From: Kiritimatiellia bacterium
Lineage (GTDB): Bacteria; Verrucomicrobiota; Kiritimatiellia; RFP12; UBA3636
DNA length: 64,000 nt
Direction: 5' to 3'
NCBI GenBank assembly: GCA_050942875.1
Contig: JBMNOD010000005.1
Location: 5,471 to 69,470 of the forward strand
The notes under the pieces are model-generated. The model was not told the origin of the DNA. It made no database searches and worked only from the letters and a program-made list of their open reading frames with translations. The translations under genes and the position numbers were made by a program. Positions 47,020 through 56,487 of this stretch are shown here, in pieces. Numbering within the stretch: position 1 is the stretch's first letter; each line of letters opens with the position of its first letter.

Positions 47020-47031
47020 ATCTGGCGAGTC

Positions 47032-48423
47032 TCATTTGACTCGCACGTCGCCGAAGAGGGTCTGTGGACGGGCCTTGGTGACGCGGATCGAGACGAGATC
47101 GCCGGGGGCGATCGTCGGCGTGGGGGTGAAGACGACGATCTTGTCCTGGGGGTTCCGCCCCGACCAGCGGGTTGCATTGCGAAGGCTCGGACCTTCGACG
47201 AGGACTTCGGTCGTCGTGCCGACGACGCGCTCGTTGATGGCCAGGCCGCGCACGTCCTGGTCTTCGAGCAGGACTTGGTTGCGGCGCATCTTTTCCTCTT
47301 CGGAGACGTCGTCTTCCATCTCCGCCGCCGGGGTGCCGGGGCGGGGGGAGTACTTGAAGATGAAGGCGTTGTCGAAACCGGCTTCGTCCATGACGCGGCG
47401 GGTGTCTTCGAAGTCCGCTTCGGTTTCGCCGGGGAAGCCGACGATGACATCCGTGGTGATGGCGATGTCGGGCACGGCGGCGCGGAGCCTGGCGACGGCG
47501 GCGAGGTAGCCGGCGGCGTCGTAGCCTCGGCGCATGGCCTTGAGGACGCGGTCGGAGCCGGACTGCATGGCCATGTGGACATGCGGGCAGACGCCGCGGA
47601 CGTCGCGCAAGGCGCGGACGAGCTCGTCGGTCACGCCGGAGGGATGGCTTGAGGTGAAGCGGATGCGCGCGAGTTCGGGGACTTCGCGGGCGACGAGCTC
47701 GAAGAGGCGCGGCAGCGGCTCGGTGAAGCCCAGGGGGGAGGGGATGTGGGCGGGCCATTGGAAGTCGCGCCGTCCGTAGTTCATGACGCTTTGCCCGAGC
47801 AACGTGATGTCGCGCACCCCGGCCGCGACGAGCTCGCGGATTTCGGGCAGGATTTCGTCGGGCTGGCGGCTGTGTTCGTGGCCGCGCACGTCGGGGACGA
47901 TGCAGTAGGCGCAGCGCCGGTTGCAGCCCAGCAGGATGGTGACGAAGGCGGACACCCCCGGCGACATCGCGCCGGGCGGTTCGGCGGGGGATTGAGAGGC
48001 GTGGAGCCTTTCGCACGCGTCTTCATCGTCGAAAACGCCGATTTCGCAGAGGTTGTCTTCGCCGGATTGGATGCGGGCGAGGAACTCGGGGATTTTGACG
48101 GCGGCGCGTGTGCCGACGGAAAAGGAAAGTCCGGGCACGCGCTTGAAGACGTCGGCGCCGAGGCGCTGGGCCATGCAGCCCATGAGCCCGACGACGAGGC
48201 CGGGGCGGTCGCGCCGTTCGGCGCAGAGGAGGCCGATCTTGCCGAGCGCCTTGTCTTCGGCCTTTTTCCGGACGCTGCAACTGTTGACGATGACGATGTC
48301 GGCGGACTTTTCGTCCTCGGCGGGACGATAGCCGCAGGCGACGAGGCGGCTGGCGAGCACGTCGGAGTCGCGCTCGTTCATCTGGCAGCCGTAGGTGCGG
48401 ATTGAAAAGGTCGGTTTGGACAT
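47032..48423 (-). CDS. miaB: tRNA (N6-isopentenyl-A37) methylthiotransferase
   Basis: TYGCQMNERDS N-terminal cluster, radical-SAM CNRRCAYCIVP, C-terminal TRAM domain. Confidence 0.9.
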   Translation of the reverse strand: MSKPTFSIRTYGCQMNERDSDVLASRLVACGYRPAEDEKSADIVIVNSCSVRKKAEDKALGKIGLLCAERRDRPGLVVGLMGCMAQRLGADVFKRVPGLSFSVGTRAAVKIPEFLARIQSGEDNLCEIGVFDDEDACERLHASQSPAEPPGAMSPGVSAFVTILLGCNRRCAYCIVPDVRGHEHSRQPDEILPEIRELVAAGVRDITLLGQSVMNYGRRDFQWPAHIPSPLGFTEPLPRLFELVAREVPELARIRFTSSHPSGVTDELVRALRDVRGVCPHVHMAMQSGSDRVLKAMRRGYDAAGYLAAVARLRAAVPDIAITTDVIVGFPGETEADFEDTRRVMDEAGFDNAFIFKYSPRPGTPAAEMEDDVSEEEKMRRNQVLLEDQDVRGLAINERVVGTTTEVLVEGPSLRNATRWSGRNPQDKIVVFTPTPTIAPGDLVSIRVTKARPQTLFGDVRVK

Positions 48424-48456
48424 GGTGTGATCGTAATGGGAACGGGCGCTTTACGC

Positions 48457-48485
48457 TTGAACCTGACGGCAACATAGCCTAAAAT
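48457..48485 (+). promoter_or_regulatory. Sigma-70-type promoter TTGAAC-17-TAAAAT for tRNA-Arg
   Basis: ttgaac at 48457-48462 and taaaat at 48480-48485, ~18 nt before the tRNA 5' end. Confidence 0.5.
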
Positions 48486-48502
48486 CACCTTATTGCATTT
48501 GC

Positions 48503-48579
48503 ACCCCAATAGCTCAGCTGGACAGAGCATCGGCCTTCTAAGCCGAGGGTCGCAGGTTCGAGCCCTGCTTGGGGTGCCA
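48503..48579 (+). tRNA. tRNA-Arg (anticodon UCU), CCA encoded
   Basis: Hand fold: ACCCCAA/TTGGGGT acceptor stem, GCTC/GAGC D-stem, TCGGC-CTTCTAA-GCCGA anticodon arm, GCAGG-TTCGAGC-CCTGC T-arm, G, CCA. Confidence 0.88.
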
Positions 48580-48584
48580 TTGTT

Positions 48585-51389
48585 TTAGGCCTCCATCATT
48601 GATGCGATGGCGTCGGCGAGTTCCGCTTTTGTGAATGGCTTTTGGATGAAGTTCGCATTCAGCCCTTGGAGGTCGCCTTGGCGCAGGTGTTCGGCCGAGT
48701 GGCCCGACATGAAGATGCATTTCAGCGTCGGCTTGATTTCCCGCAGCTTTTGGAGCAGTTTGGGGCCGCTCATGTCCGGCATGGTGACGTCCGAGATGAG
48801 CAGATCGATTTCCGCATTGTGCTCCTCGAACGCGCGAATGGCTTCGAGAGGCGAGTTAGCGGAAATGGCGGAGTGGCCAAGGTTGGTGATGAGCGTGTGT
48901 GTGGGTTTGAGGATGAGCGCTTCGTCGTCGACCAGCAGGATGCGGGCGGATGGCGAAGGGACAATGGCTTGTGCCTCTGGGATTTCTGGAGCTGAAGCAA
49001 CGGTCTTGTCGGTCTGTGGCAGATAGATGTTAAACTCGGTCCCCGTGCCGGGGGTGCTGTGAAGTCGAATCGTGCCGCCAGCCTGTGTGACGATCCCATA
49101 GACGACGGGCAGCCCCAGCCCGGTTGCCTGGCCGGCTGGCTTGGTTGAGAAGAACGGCTCGAAAATCCGGCTTTGACTTTCCTCTGGGATGCCGCAACCG
49201 GTGTCGGCGATCGACAGGCGTACATAGGCTCCGGGGTTGATGCCGTTGAATTGAGTGGTGTTGTTGTCGTCAATGACGATCCCCTCGGTGGCGATGCGGA
49301 CTTCGCCAGCGCCTTCGATGGCGTCGCGAGCGTTGATGCAGACGTTGATGATGATTTGCTCGAACTGCCCCGGGTCGATTGTAATCATGCCGACATTTTC
49401 GGATGAAACGATTTTGAGGCGAATGGAGTCGCCCAGCAGGTGTTTCAGGATCCCGGTCATGTTTTCGACGTTGCGACCGGGGGCAATGGGCTGTGGCTCG
49501 ACGGGTTGGCGGCGTGCGAACGTGAGAAGCTGGCGGGTCAGAAACGTGGGGCGCAGGGCGATCTTGCGAATTTCGGCGATGTCGTTTCGAAGGGCGGTTT
49601 CGTCCTCTTTTGTTGCGGCCAACGCCATTTCGGCATACCCGAGGATGGCCTGGAGCATGTTGTTGAAATCGTGGGCGACCCCACCGGCCAGCAAGCCGAT
49701 GGATTCGAGGCGCTGGGCCTGGGCGAGCTGGTTTTGGAGTGCGCTCTTTTCCTTTTCTGCTTCGATCTCGCGAGTGATGTTGTGCGTGACGGCGATGTAG
49801 CCGATGAGGCTGCCGTTGGGGTCTCGAGCAGGGCCGATGGAGGTCATCCCGGTGTAGAATGTACCATCTTTGCGTTTTTCTTCCAACCGCCCCTCCCAGG
49901 CTTTGCCCCGAAGCAGCGTGTCCGCGATTTCCTTGTAGAAGGCAGGTTCATGGCGTTCGCTTTTCAGGAAGCGGGTTTTTTGGCCGACGACTTCATGGCC
50001 GGCGTAACCGTTGAGCTGTTCGAAGGCGGGGTTCACGTAGCGAATTGTCCCTTCCGCGTCCGTGATGAGGATGGCGTCGGTTGTCTGTTCAAGGGTCAAG
50101 AGCAACCGTTCGCGTTCGACTTCGGCGCGTTTGCGCTTGGTGATGTTGGTGCTGGTCCCCCAGGCGCCGCGAGGCGCGCCGTTTGGATGGTGGAGCGGAA
50201 TGGAGAAGCTTTGGAACCAAAGCGTGTCGCCGTTGGCGGCGATCATGGGGTGGATGACATCGCGCAAGCCGACCTCGTCCTCCATGCTGCGCAGGAGCTT
50301 CTTCTTGAACGATGATCGCCCTGCATCCGGGTGGTGGTCATAAAAATGGTTTTTTCCGACAAGATCTTCGGGGGGGTAGCCCACCGTGCTCGTCACCAAG
50401 GGGCTGATGTAGGTATAGAGGCCGTTGCAATCGACCTCCCAGCTTATGATCTCGTTCTGCTGGGCGAGGGCGTTGTAGCGGGCGATCACCTCCGTCAGTT
50501 TCGCTGTTCTCGCCTTGACAAGTTGGCCGAGGAAGGCGTTGCCGGCCATGAGGAGCAGGACGCCGATCGCGAAGGCGATCAGGGGGCATCTCCATTTGTA
50601 AAAGAACGGCGCGAGGGTGAAGGGCGCGCCCAGCCATTTCCGGTCGATCTTGTCGTATTCTCGCGGCGTGATGCGTTCAAAGCCTCGTTTGACGATCTGC
50701 ATCGTTTTCGTGTCGCCCTTGGCGACGGCCCGGTGGAAATTGCCGGTGTAGAGCACGAACATCTTGTTGTAGTCTCGTTCAATGCCATGCCGGGTCATGA
50801 AGTAGAATGCCGGCGGGGCGTCGACGGAGAACACCTTGATGTCCCCGCGTTTGGCGGCGAGGATGAGCGATTCGTAGCCGTCGTATTTGAGGAGCTGGCT
50901 GATTCCTTTCGCCGTCAAATGCTCGATCACGGCATCGCCGGCCTTGACGCCGACTTTGAAGCCTTCCAATGATTCCGCATTGATGATTCCGCTCAGATCC
51001 TTGTGCGCGAAGACAGGCACGTCGAGTGCGGCGTAGGGCGGGCTGAAGTCATAGAGCCTCATGCGGTTCTGCGTTTTGAAAATCGTGTCGATCACATCGG
51101 CTTCGCCTGCTTTCATGATCGCCTGGGCGGCAGCCCAGTTGGTCGCGACGAGTTCGACGGACATCCCTGTCTTCATCTCCCAGAGCCGCCATTGATCAGG
51201 CACAATGCCCTTCAGATTCCCCTCGGCATCGCGGAATGCATAGGGTGGATAGGTGTCGTCCATGACCACCACGAGCGGCCGGTCGGCTGCCTGTTCGGCA
51301 GGTGTCTGCGCGAAGCAGTTTGACGCGGCGACCAAGGCCGCGGAAGCGATCAGCATTTGTGAAAAAGCGATGACGCAGGCCGATTTCAT
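48585..51389 (-). CDS. Hybrid sensor histidine kinase/response regulator with periplasmic solute-binding (SBP_bac_3-like) domain and PAS domains
   Basis: Signal peptide and SBP domain, a TM segment, two PAS-like regions, the H-box HDFNNMLQAILGY, G-boxes (GLGLPVVYGIV), and a receiver domain (LLVDDE ... DLLISDVTMPDMSG). Confidence 0.85.
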   Translation of the reverse strand: MKSACVIAFSQMLIASAALVAASNCFAQTPAEQAADRPLVVVMDDTYPPYAFRDAEGNLKGIVPDQWRLWEMKTGMSVELVATNWAAAQAIMKAGEADVIDTIFKTQNRMRLYDFSPPYAALDVPVFAHKDLSGIINAESLEGFKVGVKAGDAVIEHLTAKGISQLLKYDGYESLILAAKRGDIKVFSVDAPPAFYFMTRHGIERDYNKMFVLYTGNFHRAVAKGDTKTMQIVKRGFERITPREYDKIDRKWLGAPFTLAPFFYKWRCPLIAFAIGVLLLMAGNAFLGQLVKARTAKLTEVIARYNALAQQNEIISWEVDCNGLYTYISPLVTSTVGYPPEDLVGKNHFYDHHPDAGRSSFKKKLLRSMEDEVGLRDVIHPMIAANGDTLWFQSFSIPLHHPNGAPRGAWGTSTNITKRKRAEVERERLLLTLEQTTDAILITDAEGTIRYVNPAFEQLNGYAGHEVVGQKTRFLKSERHEPAFYKEIADTLLRGKAWEGRLEEKRKDGTFYTGMTSIGPARDPNGSLIGYIAVTHNITREIEAEKEKSALQNQLAQAQRLESIGLLAGGVAHDFNNMLQAILGYAEMALAATKEDETALRNDIAEIRKIALRPTFLTRQLLTFARRQPVEPQPIAPGRNVENMTGILKHLLGDSIRLKIVSSENVGMITIDPGQFEQIIINVCINARDAIEGAGEVRIATEGIVIDDNNTTQFNGINPGAYVRLSIADTGCGIPEESQSRIFEPFFSTKPAGQATGLGLPVVYGIVTQAGGTIRLHSTPGTGTEFNIYLPQTDKTVASAPEIPEAQAIVPSPSARILLVDDEALILKPTHTLITNLGHSAISANSPLEAIRAFEEHNAEIDLLISDVTMPDMSGPKLLQKLREIKPTLKCIFMSGHSAEHLRQGDLQGLNANFIQKPFTKAELADAIASMMEA

Positions 51390-51412
51390 GCCCGAATCCT
51401 GTCTCCTGGTCC

Positions 51413-52216
51413 CTAGGTGGTCGGCAGCGATGTTGACACGCGTCCGAATGCGGTGCGCAACACGTCGAGGATTTTGCGCAACGCGGGCTCCGACTTGTCG
51501 GCAAAGCCGCCTTCAACGGCCATGTCTCCGCGATAGCCGGCCTTGGCCAGTGCGTTGGCGAAGGGCGAAAAGTCGCAGGGCTCTTCGCCTGGCGCCCGCC
51601 GGTTCGTCGTCGTGGCGATGTGGGTGTGGAAGATGAGGTGGCCGTTTTGGATGATCTGCTCGGCGGCGTCTTCGTTGCAAGCCCAGTGGTAGCCATCAAC
51701 CAAGATGCCGACACCGGGGTCGTTGACGTCGTCGATCACGGCGCGGATGTCCTTGAGCATGTTCAGCGTGTTCGTCTCGGCGAAGCGGAGGTTTTCGATC
51801 ACCAGCTTGACCCCGGCCGCCCGTGCGACGGGCGCGAGCGCGCGAACGAAGTCGGCGATCTGCGCGAAGGCCTTGTCCATGGGCCAGCCTTCGGGGCAGG
51901 CGCGTGCCCGTCCGGAGCCGAAGCAAACGGTTTTGATTCCGAGGCGTCCGGCGCGGCTCAGTCCCGTGGCACAGTAGGCGACGGCCTTGGGCAGGTCGGC
52001 TTCGGGGCCGACGATGATGCAGCCTCCGGGAAGAAGGCAGTTTGTGTTGCGAATCGGCAATGCGCAGTCGGCATGGCGTTCGGCGTAGGCGTCCTCGAAT
52101 TCGGCCTGGGAAGCGGCGGGTTTGACGAGGTCGCCAAAGTTTGCGTCGATGAAGGCAAATCCGGCGTCGCGCGCCACATCTGCCATTTCAGGGCCAGTGC
52201 AAATTCCAAATTCCAT
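51413..52216 (-). CDS. Sugar phosphate isomerase/epimerase (xylose-isomerase-like TIM barrel)
   Basis: Internal ATG at 52214-52216 (MEFGICTG...). 267 aa with KLVIENL and HTHIA-type motifs. The upstream part of the ORF is repeat DNA. Confidence 0.65.
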   Translation of the reverse strand: MEFGICTGPEMADVARDAGFAFIDANFGDLVKPAASQAEFEDAYAERHADCALPIRNTNCLLPGGCIIVGPEADLPKAVAYCATGLSRAGRLGIKTVCFGSGRARACPEGWPMDKAFAQIADFVRALAPVARAAGVKLVIENLRFAETNTLNMLKDIRAVIDDVNDPGVGILVDGYHWACNEDAAEQIIQNGHLIFHTHIATTTNRRAPGEEPCDFSPFANALAKAGYRGDMAVEGGFADKSEPALRKILDVLRTAFGRVSTSLPTT

Positions 52217-52249
52217 GAGAAGATCTCCAGTTAACCAGGGAAAGGGGGA

Positions 52250-53505
52250 AAGGGGGAAGGGATTGCCGACCATCATACCAGATTGAATCACGAAATTGAA
52301 TTGCAATGTTGCGTTGTTGGTGAAAAAAAGGCGGGAAAGAAGTGGTGGGCAGGGACGGGCGTCTGCTCGTCCGTGCGTGCGGGCAAGTGACTTGCCCGAG
52401 CTTGGCCGGACTTTCGCTGTTTGCGGTCGGCAAAAACTTTTTTTTGCCGACTTGACGGTCGATTCGCCCTCGTTGCCTTGCTCTGGTAGATCTCGTAGTA
52501 TCGTTTTTTGGGGTCTGTCTAAATCCACGTCAGCGTACACGGGAGACGGAGAACGACGGGGGCGTGAACGGGTACGAGTACGGGAACGTGAACGAAGGGG
52601 GCAAAACACTTGCTCTCGCCCTTGCCGCAGGGGAAATGTCGAGCGATGAGCGACGGCCGCAGGCCGGCGACATTCCCCACTGCTTCGCGGAGGCTGCCCT
52701 TCCTGCCCTTCTTGTCCTTCTGGTGAAAAGAAACGCCACTCGCGCACTTGCACCTTTCGACCGACCTCACGCACTTCCGGACTTCGGACTTGGAGTTGGG
52801 AGTCCAAGGTCCAAAGTCGGCCGGAGGGCGGCTTTGTGGCTGCGGCTCGTGTCGGCGGGTTGCTTTTCATGTCCCTGTCGATGCCTGTCGAGAGGTCGTT
52901 CCTGTCGCTTTCGACGGGTTGCGACAGATTCCGACAGGGCGACAAGGGGCGCAAGAAGAAGTCGGAGGGCAGCTTTGTCGACTTGCGGAAGCGCGGCTAC
53001 GCCGAGCGGTTTTTCACCAGAAGGGCGAGAAGGGCGGGAAGATCTGTGGCGGTTTCGCCGAGTGGGGGTTTGGACCACTGAATACACAGAACACACAGAA
53101 AGGCAGGTAAAAAACCGGGGACTGGGGCGGGCCCCAGCCTGAACTACGCTCTTCTCACTTCTCACTCCTCACTAAACAGAGGCGGCTACGCCGAGCGGTT
53201 TTTCACCAGAAGGGCGAGAAGGGCGGGAAGAGCCGTGGGTGGCGTTTTGTTCTCACACAGAGGCACAGAGAACACAGAGGGTGATTTGTGTTTTTTTTGG
53301 GGGGCGACGGGCTGCATGATCGGCATCGAAAACCAGCGGATCCCCGGCAACAGGCTCGCCGCCCCCGCCAAGTTTCAAGTTTCTTTGCTCCTGGATTCTG
53401 AAAACGGTTGCGCCGTAGAGGCTGTCCTTCCCGCCCATCTTGTTCTTCTGGTGAAAAGAAACCATCGCCTACATCGCACTCGCAACCTGCGCCTTTTTTC
53501 TTCGG
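52250..53505. repeat. 1.25-kb non-coding repeat-dense spacer: 50-nt perfect direct repeat, two inverted-repeat pairs, hairpins and heptamer words
   Basis: Direct repeat at 52993-53042 = 53182-53231. The 31-nt core TTTTCACCAGAAGGGCGAGAAGGGCGGGAAG lies at 53011-53041 and 53200-53230, with inverted partners at 52699-52729 and 53427-53457. An A/T hairpin lies at 52426-52451 and GTCCAAG-type words at 52773-52818. Confidence 0.85.
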
Positions 53506-53506
53506 A

Positions 53507-53536
53507 TTGGACTTTGAGGCGTGAAACGGGTACAAT
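53507..53536 (+). promoter_or_regulatory. Candidate promoter TTGGAC-18-TACAAT for wzm
   Basis: ttggac at 53507-53512 and tacaat at 53531-53536. The ATG is at 53558. Confidence 0.4.
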
Positions 53537-53557
53537 ACGCCGAAAAGCAAAGGCCGT

Positions 53558-54391
53558 ATGGAAACCATCATCGAACCCACTCAATCGCTGTTCCGGATCA
53601 ATTGGCGTGAAATTCGAGAGTACCGTGACTTGCTGGTGCTTCTCGCCAGGCGCGATATCACTGTCGTTTACAAGCAGACCATTCTCGGGCCTGTCTGGTT
53701 TTTCATCCAACCCATTATCACGGCTCTTGTTTTCACCGTGATTTTTGGCAAGGTGGCCAAGATTTCGACGGGGGGGATTCCGCATTTCGTCTTCTACATG
53801 AGCGGGACGGTGATGTGGAACTACTTCAGTTCGGTGCTCAATGGCAGCGCCTCTTCGCTTGTGGGGAATGCGGGCCTGTTTTCGAAGGTCTACTTTCCTC
53901 GCTTGATCGTGCCTTTTTCGTCTGTCCTGTCGAATTTTGCGCACTTCCTCCTCAACATGGCGATCTTCGTGGCCTTCTACCTGTACTTTTATTTCACGGG
54001 GGCGCCGTTGCAACCAACGTGGTGGATCCTGATGCTCCCGCTGCTGATTCTCTACACGGCCTTGACGGGGCTGGGATTCGGGCTTTGGGTCGCGGCGCTC
54101 ACCACGAAATACCGCGACATGCGCTTTGCCTTGCCGTTCATCTTGCAGATGTGGATGTATGCGACGCCCATCGTCTACCCGGCATCGGGCGTGGTGGAGC
54201 CGGTTTACCGATGGATTCTTTGGGCGAATCCGATGTCTGCAGCCGTGGAATTGAACCGCTTCTTCTTCACGGGCGTCAGCAGCATCTCCCTCATGCCGGT
54301 TCTTGTGGGGGTGGCCGTGATGGCGTTTGTCCTGGTCAGCGGCGTCGTTGTTTTCAATTGGGTCCAGCGGAACTTTGTGGATACGATATAG
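53558..54391 (+). CDS. wzm: ABC-2 type polysaccharide export permease
   Basis: 277 aa with six predicted TM segments. The N-terminal pattern DIT(V)VYKQT.LG..W....P is typical of Wzm/TagG. Confidence 0.8.
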   Translation: METIIEPTQSLFRINWREIREYRDLLVLLARRDITVVYKQTILGPVWFFIQPIITALVFTVIFGKVAKISTGGIPHFVFYMSGTVMWNYFSSVLNGSASSLVGNAGLFSKVYFPRLIVPFSSVLSNFAHFLLNMAIFVAFYLYFYFTGAPLQPTWWILMLPLLILYTALTGLGFGLWVAALTTKYRDMRFALPFILQMWMYATPIVYPASGVVEPVYRWILWANPMSAAVELNRFFFTGVSSISLMPVLVGVAVMAFVLVSGVVVFNWVQRNFVDTI

Positions 54392-54693
54392 AGTTTGGAG
54401 TTTGGAGTGCGTGAGTGCATGAGTGCGTGAGTTGCCGCAGGGCGGAGAGTTTGGAGTTTAGAGTTTGGAGTGCGTGAGTGCGTGAGTGCGTGAGTTGCCG
54501 CAGGGCGGAGAGTTTGGAGTTTGGAGTGCGTGAGTGCGTGAGTGCGTGAGTTGCCGCAGGGCGGAGAGTTTGGAGTTTAGAGTTTGGAGTTTGGAGTGCG
54601 TGAGTTGCCGCAGGGCAAAGACTCCGACCGTGCGCACTCCGCTCTCCGGACTGGAGTTTGGCGTGCGTGAGTTGCGTGGGTGCGTGAGTTGCC
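54391..54693. repeat. Tandem array: four 52-64-nt units [GAGTTTG]n[GAGTGCGT]nGAGTTGCCGCAGGGCG plus a degenerate fifth
   Basis: Units lie at ~54391-54444, 54445-54508, 54509-54564 and 54565-54616, with a degenerate copy at 54650-54693 that runs into ATG 54694. Confidence 0.9.
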
Positions 54694-55125
54694 ATGAGTG
54701 TAAGAATGACGAACACAGAATTTAAGGTCTGGTTGAAGGCGAGAACCCGGAAGTTTGCCGTCGATGTCTTCCATTTGGTTGATGCCTTGCCGACAAGTCC
54801 TTCCATGCGGGTCGTCTCCTTTCAGCTTGGCAAAGCGGCTTCGTCGATCGGTGCGAATTACAGAGAGGCCACGCGTGCATCATCCAACGCCGATTTTAAC
54901 TTCAAGGTAGGTTTGTGTGAAAAAGAGGCGGACGAATCGCTTTTCTGGCTTGAAATCTTGAAGGACATGCATTCCCAGCCCAATGATCTAGCAAATCAAG
55001 TTGAAGTGCTGTATACTGAAGCCCAAGAATTGCTACGCCTTTTTGTTTCCATCAGTAGAACCTGTCGTGAGAACAAGCGAACACCAGTCGCAACCCCGCC
55101 CTCGCACCTGCCCACCTCGCACTAA
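54694..55125 (+). CDS. Four-helix-bundle protein (23S rRNA intervening-sequence protein / Avd-like family)
   Basis: 143 aa. The pattern FQLGKAASSIGANYREA ... F..K...C.KEADESLFWLEIL is characteristic. It is more AT-rich than wzm and wzt. Confidence 0.75.
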   Translation: MSVRMTNTEFKVWLKARTRKFAVDVFHLVDALPTSPSMRVVSFQLGKAASSIGANYREATRASSNADFNFKVGLCEKEADESLFWLEILKDMHSQPNDLANQVEVLYTEAQELLRLFVSISRTCRENKRTPVATPPSHLPTSH

Positions 55126-55167
55126 CTCCCGCCCTCCCGCAATCCCGCACTCCTACCTTTTTCCCCA

Positions 55168-56487
55168 ATGTCCTCGCCAATTATTGAAGTCTCAAACATC
55201 TCTAAGCGCTACAGGCTGGGGGTGATCAATCGCGGCACGTTCCGCGACGAGGCGCTCTACCGTTGGCATCGGCTGCGGGGGCGCGATCCGGCCGAGTTCC
55301 TGGGCAAGGTGAACCGTCCCAACCAGCCCGGTGGCGATGAGTTCTGGGCGCTCAGGGACGTCTCTTTTTCCGTTGAGCAGGGCGAGGTTGTCGGTTTGGT
55401 CGGCGGCAATGGAGCGGGCAAGTCCACGATGCTGAAGGTTCTCACGCGGATCACGGCGCCGACGAGCGGTCGCGCGGTGGTCCGAGGCCGCGTGGGGTCG
55501 CTGCTGGAGGTGGGCACGGGCTTCCATCCGGAGCTGACGGGCCGCGAGAACATCTACATGAACGGGACGATCCTCGGCATGAAACGCCGCGAGATCGACG
55601 CCAAATTTGACGAGATCGTGGATTTCTCCGGCGTGGGGAAGTTCCTCGACACGCCTGTGAAGCGCTATTCCTCTGGGATGTACGTGCGGCTCGCCTTTTC
55701 TGTCGCCGCGCATCTGGAGCCTGAAATCCTGCTGGTGGACGAGGTGCTGGCCGTCGGCGACGCCGCCTTCCAAAACAAATGCCTCGGCAAGATGGGCGAG
55801 ATTGCCCGCGGCGGCAGGACGGTTTTGTTCGTGAGCCACAATATGGCGGCAGTCAAAAACCTGTGTGCAAAATGTGTCTGGCTTCAAAACGGAAGGTTGA
55901 AAAAGCACGGGGAGACCGACCTCATCGTCGACGAGTATCAACAGGAGTCGTTGAAGCAGTTGGGTGGAGAGGAGGACTTGATGTTGCGAAGGGGGCGGTC
56001 GGGTTCCGGCGCTGTCGTCCTCAAGGGTTTCCACATGGAAACGGCCGGACGCGAGCGCGTGTCGGCCTTTCAAAGCGGCGTTGATGCCACCTTCGCTTTC
56101 CATGTTGTCAATCAAACGGGAGAACCTGTCAAGGGGCTGGATTTGGGGTTGACCATCTACGCGGCAAAGACGAACCAGACGTTGACCATTCTCTATAGCT
56201 CATACCAGAACAGTGAATTCGAGCTGGCCGCGTCGGAGGGGTGCATTCGCTGTTGCATCCCTCGACTGCCTTTGGCCGCGGGGCGGTATCGGATTGGCGC
56301 CCGGATGACGGTTTTTGGGGTGGAGGCCGATTGGTTGCGGGATGGCGTCGGCTGGATCGACGTCGTTGAAGGGGATTATTATGGAACTGGGCGAAAAGGC
56401 TTTGGCAGCGATGCTCCGGTTTTGATGAAGGGAACCTGGAGCATCTCGACAAAGGCGGATGTGCCAGATGAGCAGGTGAACCCATGA
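55168..56487 (+). CDS. wzt: Polysaccharide ABC exporter ATP-binding protein with C-terminal Wzt-type carbohydrate-binding domain
   Basis: Walker [10 protein letters not shown], signature [11 protein letters not shown], and Walker B ILLVDE. A ~170-aa C-terminal beta-rich extension is as in Wzt_C. Confidence 0.8.
   Translation: MSSPIIEVSNISKRYRLGVINRGTFRDEALYRWHRLRGRDPAEFLGKVNRPNQPGGDEFWALRDVSFSVEQGEVVGLVGGNGAGKSTMLKVLTRITAPTSGRAVVRGRVGSLLEVGTGFHPELTGRENIYMNGTILGMKRREIDAKFDEIVDFSGVGKFLDTPVKRYSSGMYVRLAFSVAAHLEPEILLVDEVLAVGDAAFQNKCLGKMGEIARGGRTVLFVSHNMAAVKNLCAKCVWLQNGRLKKHGETDLIVDEYQQESLKQLGGEEDLMLRRGRSGSGAVVLKGFHMETAGRERVSAFQSGVDATFAFHVVNQTGEPVKGLDLGLTIYAAKTNQTLTILYSSYQNSEFELAASEGCIRCCIPRLPLAAGRYRIGARMTVFGVEADWLRDGVGWIDVVEGDYYGTGRKGFGSDAPVLMKGTWSISTKADVPDEQVNP

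Noticed and set aside
52250-53540. ORFs in the long spacer (e.g. 52564..53142 +, 52748..53110 +, 53203..53580 -, 53235..53741 +) as real genes.
   Set aside because: They are read through repeat words in several overlapping frames. They have no motifs or RBS and no consistent codon bias. I treat the region as non-coding repeat DNA.
54391-54693. Possible CRISPR array (regularly repeated ~55-60-nt units).
   Set aside because: The units are contiguous tandem repeats built from 7-8-nt sub-repeats. There are no unique spacers, no cas genes and variable unit length.
54694-55125. A diversity-generating retroelement, because the four-helix-bundle protein is Avd-like.
   Set aside because: No reverse transcriptase and no template/variable repeat pair with A-to-N differences are present in the window.
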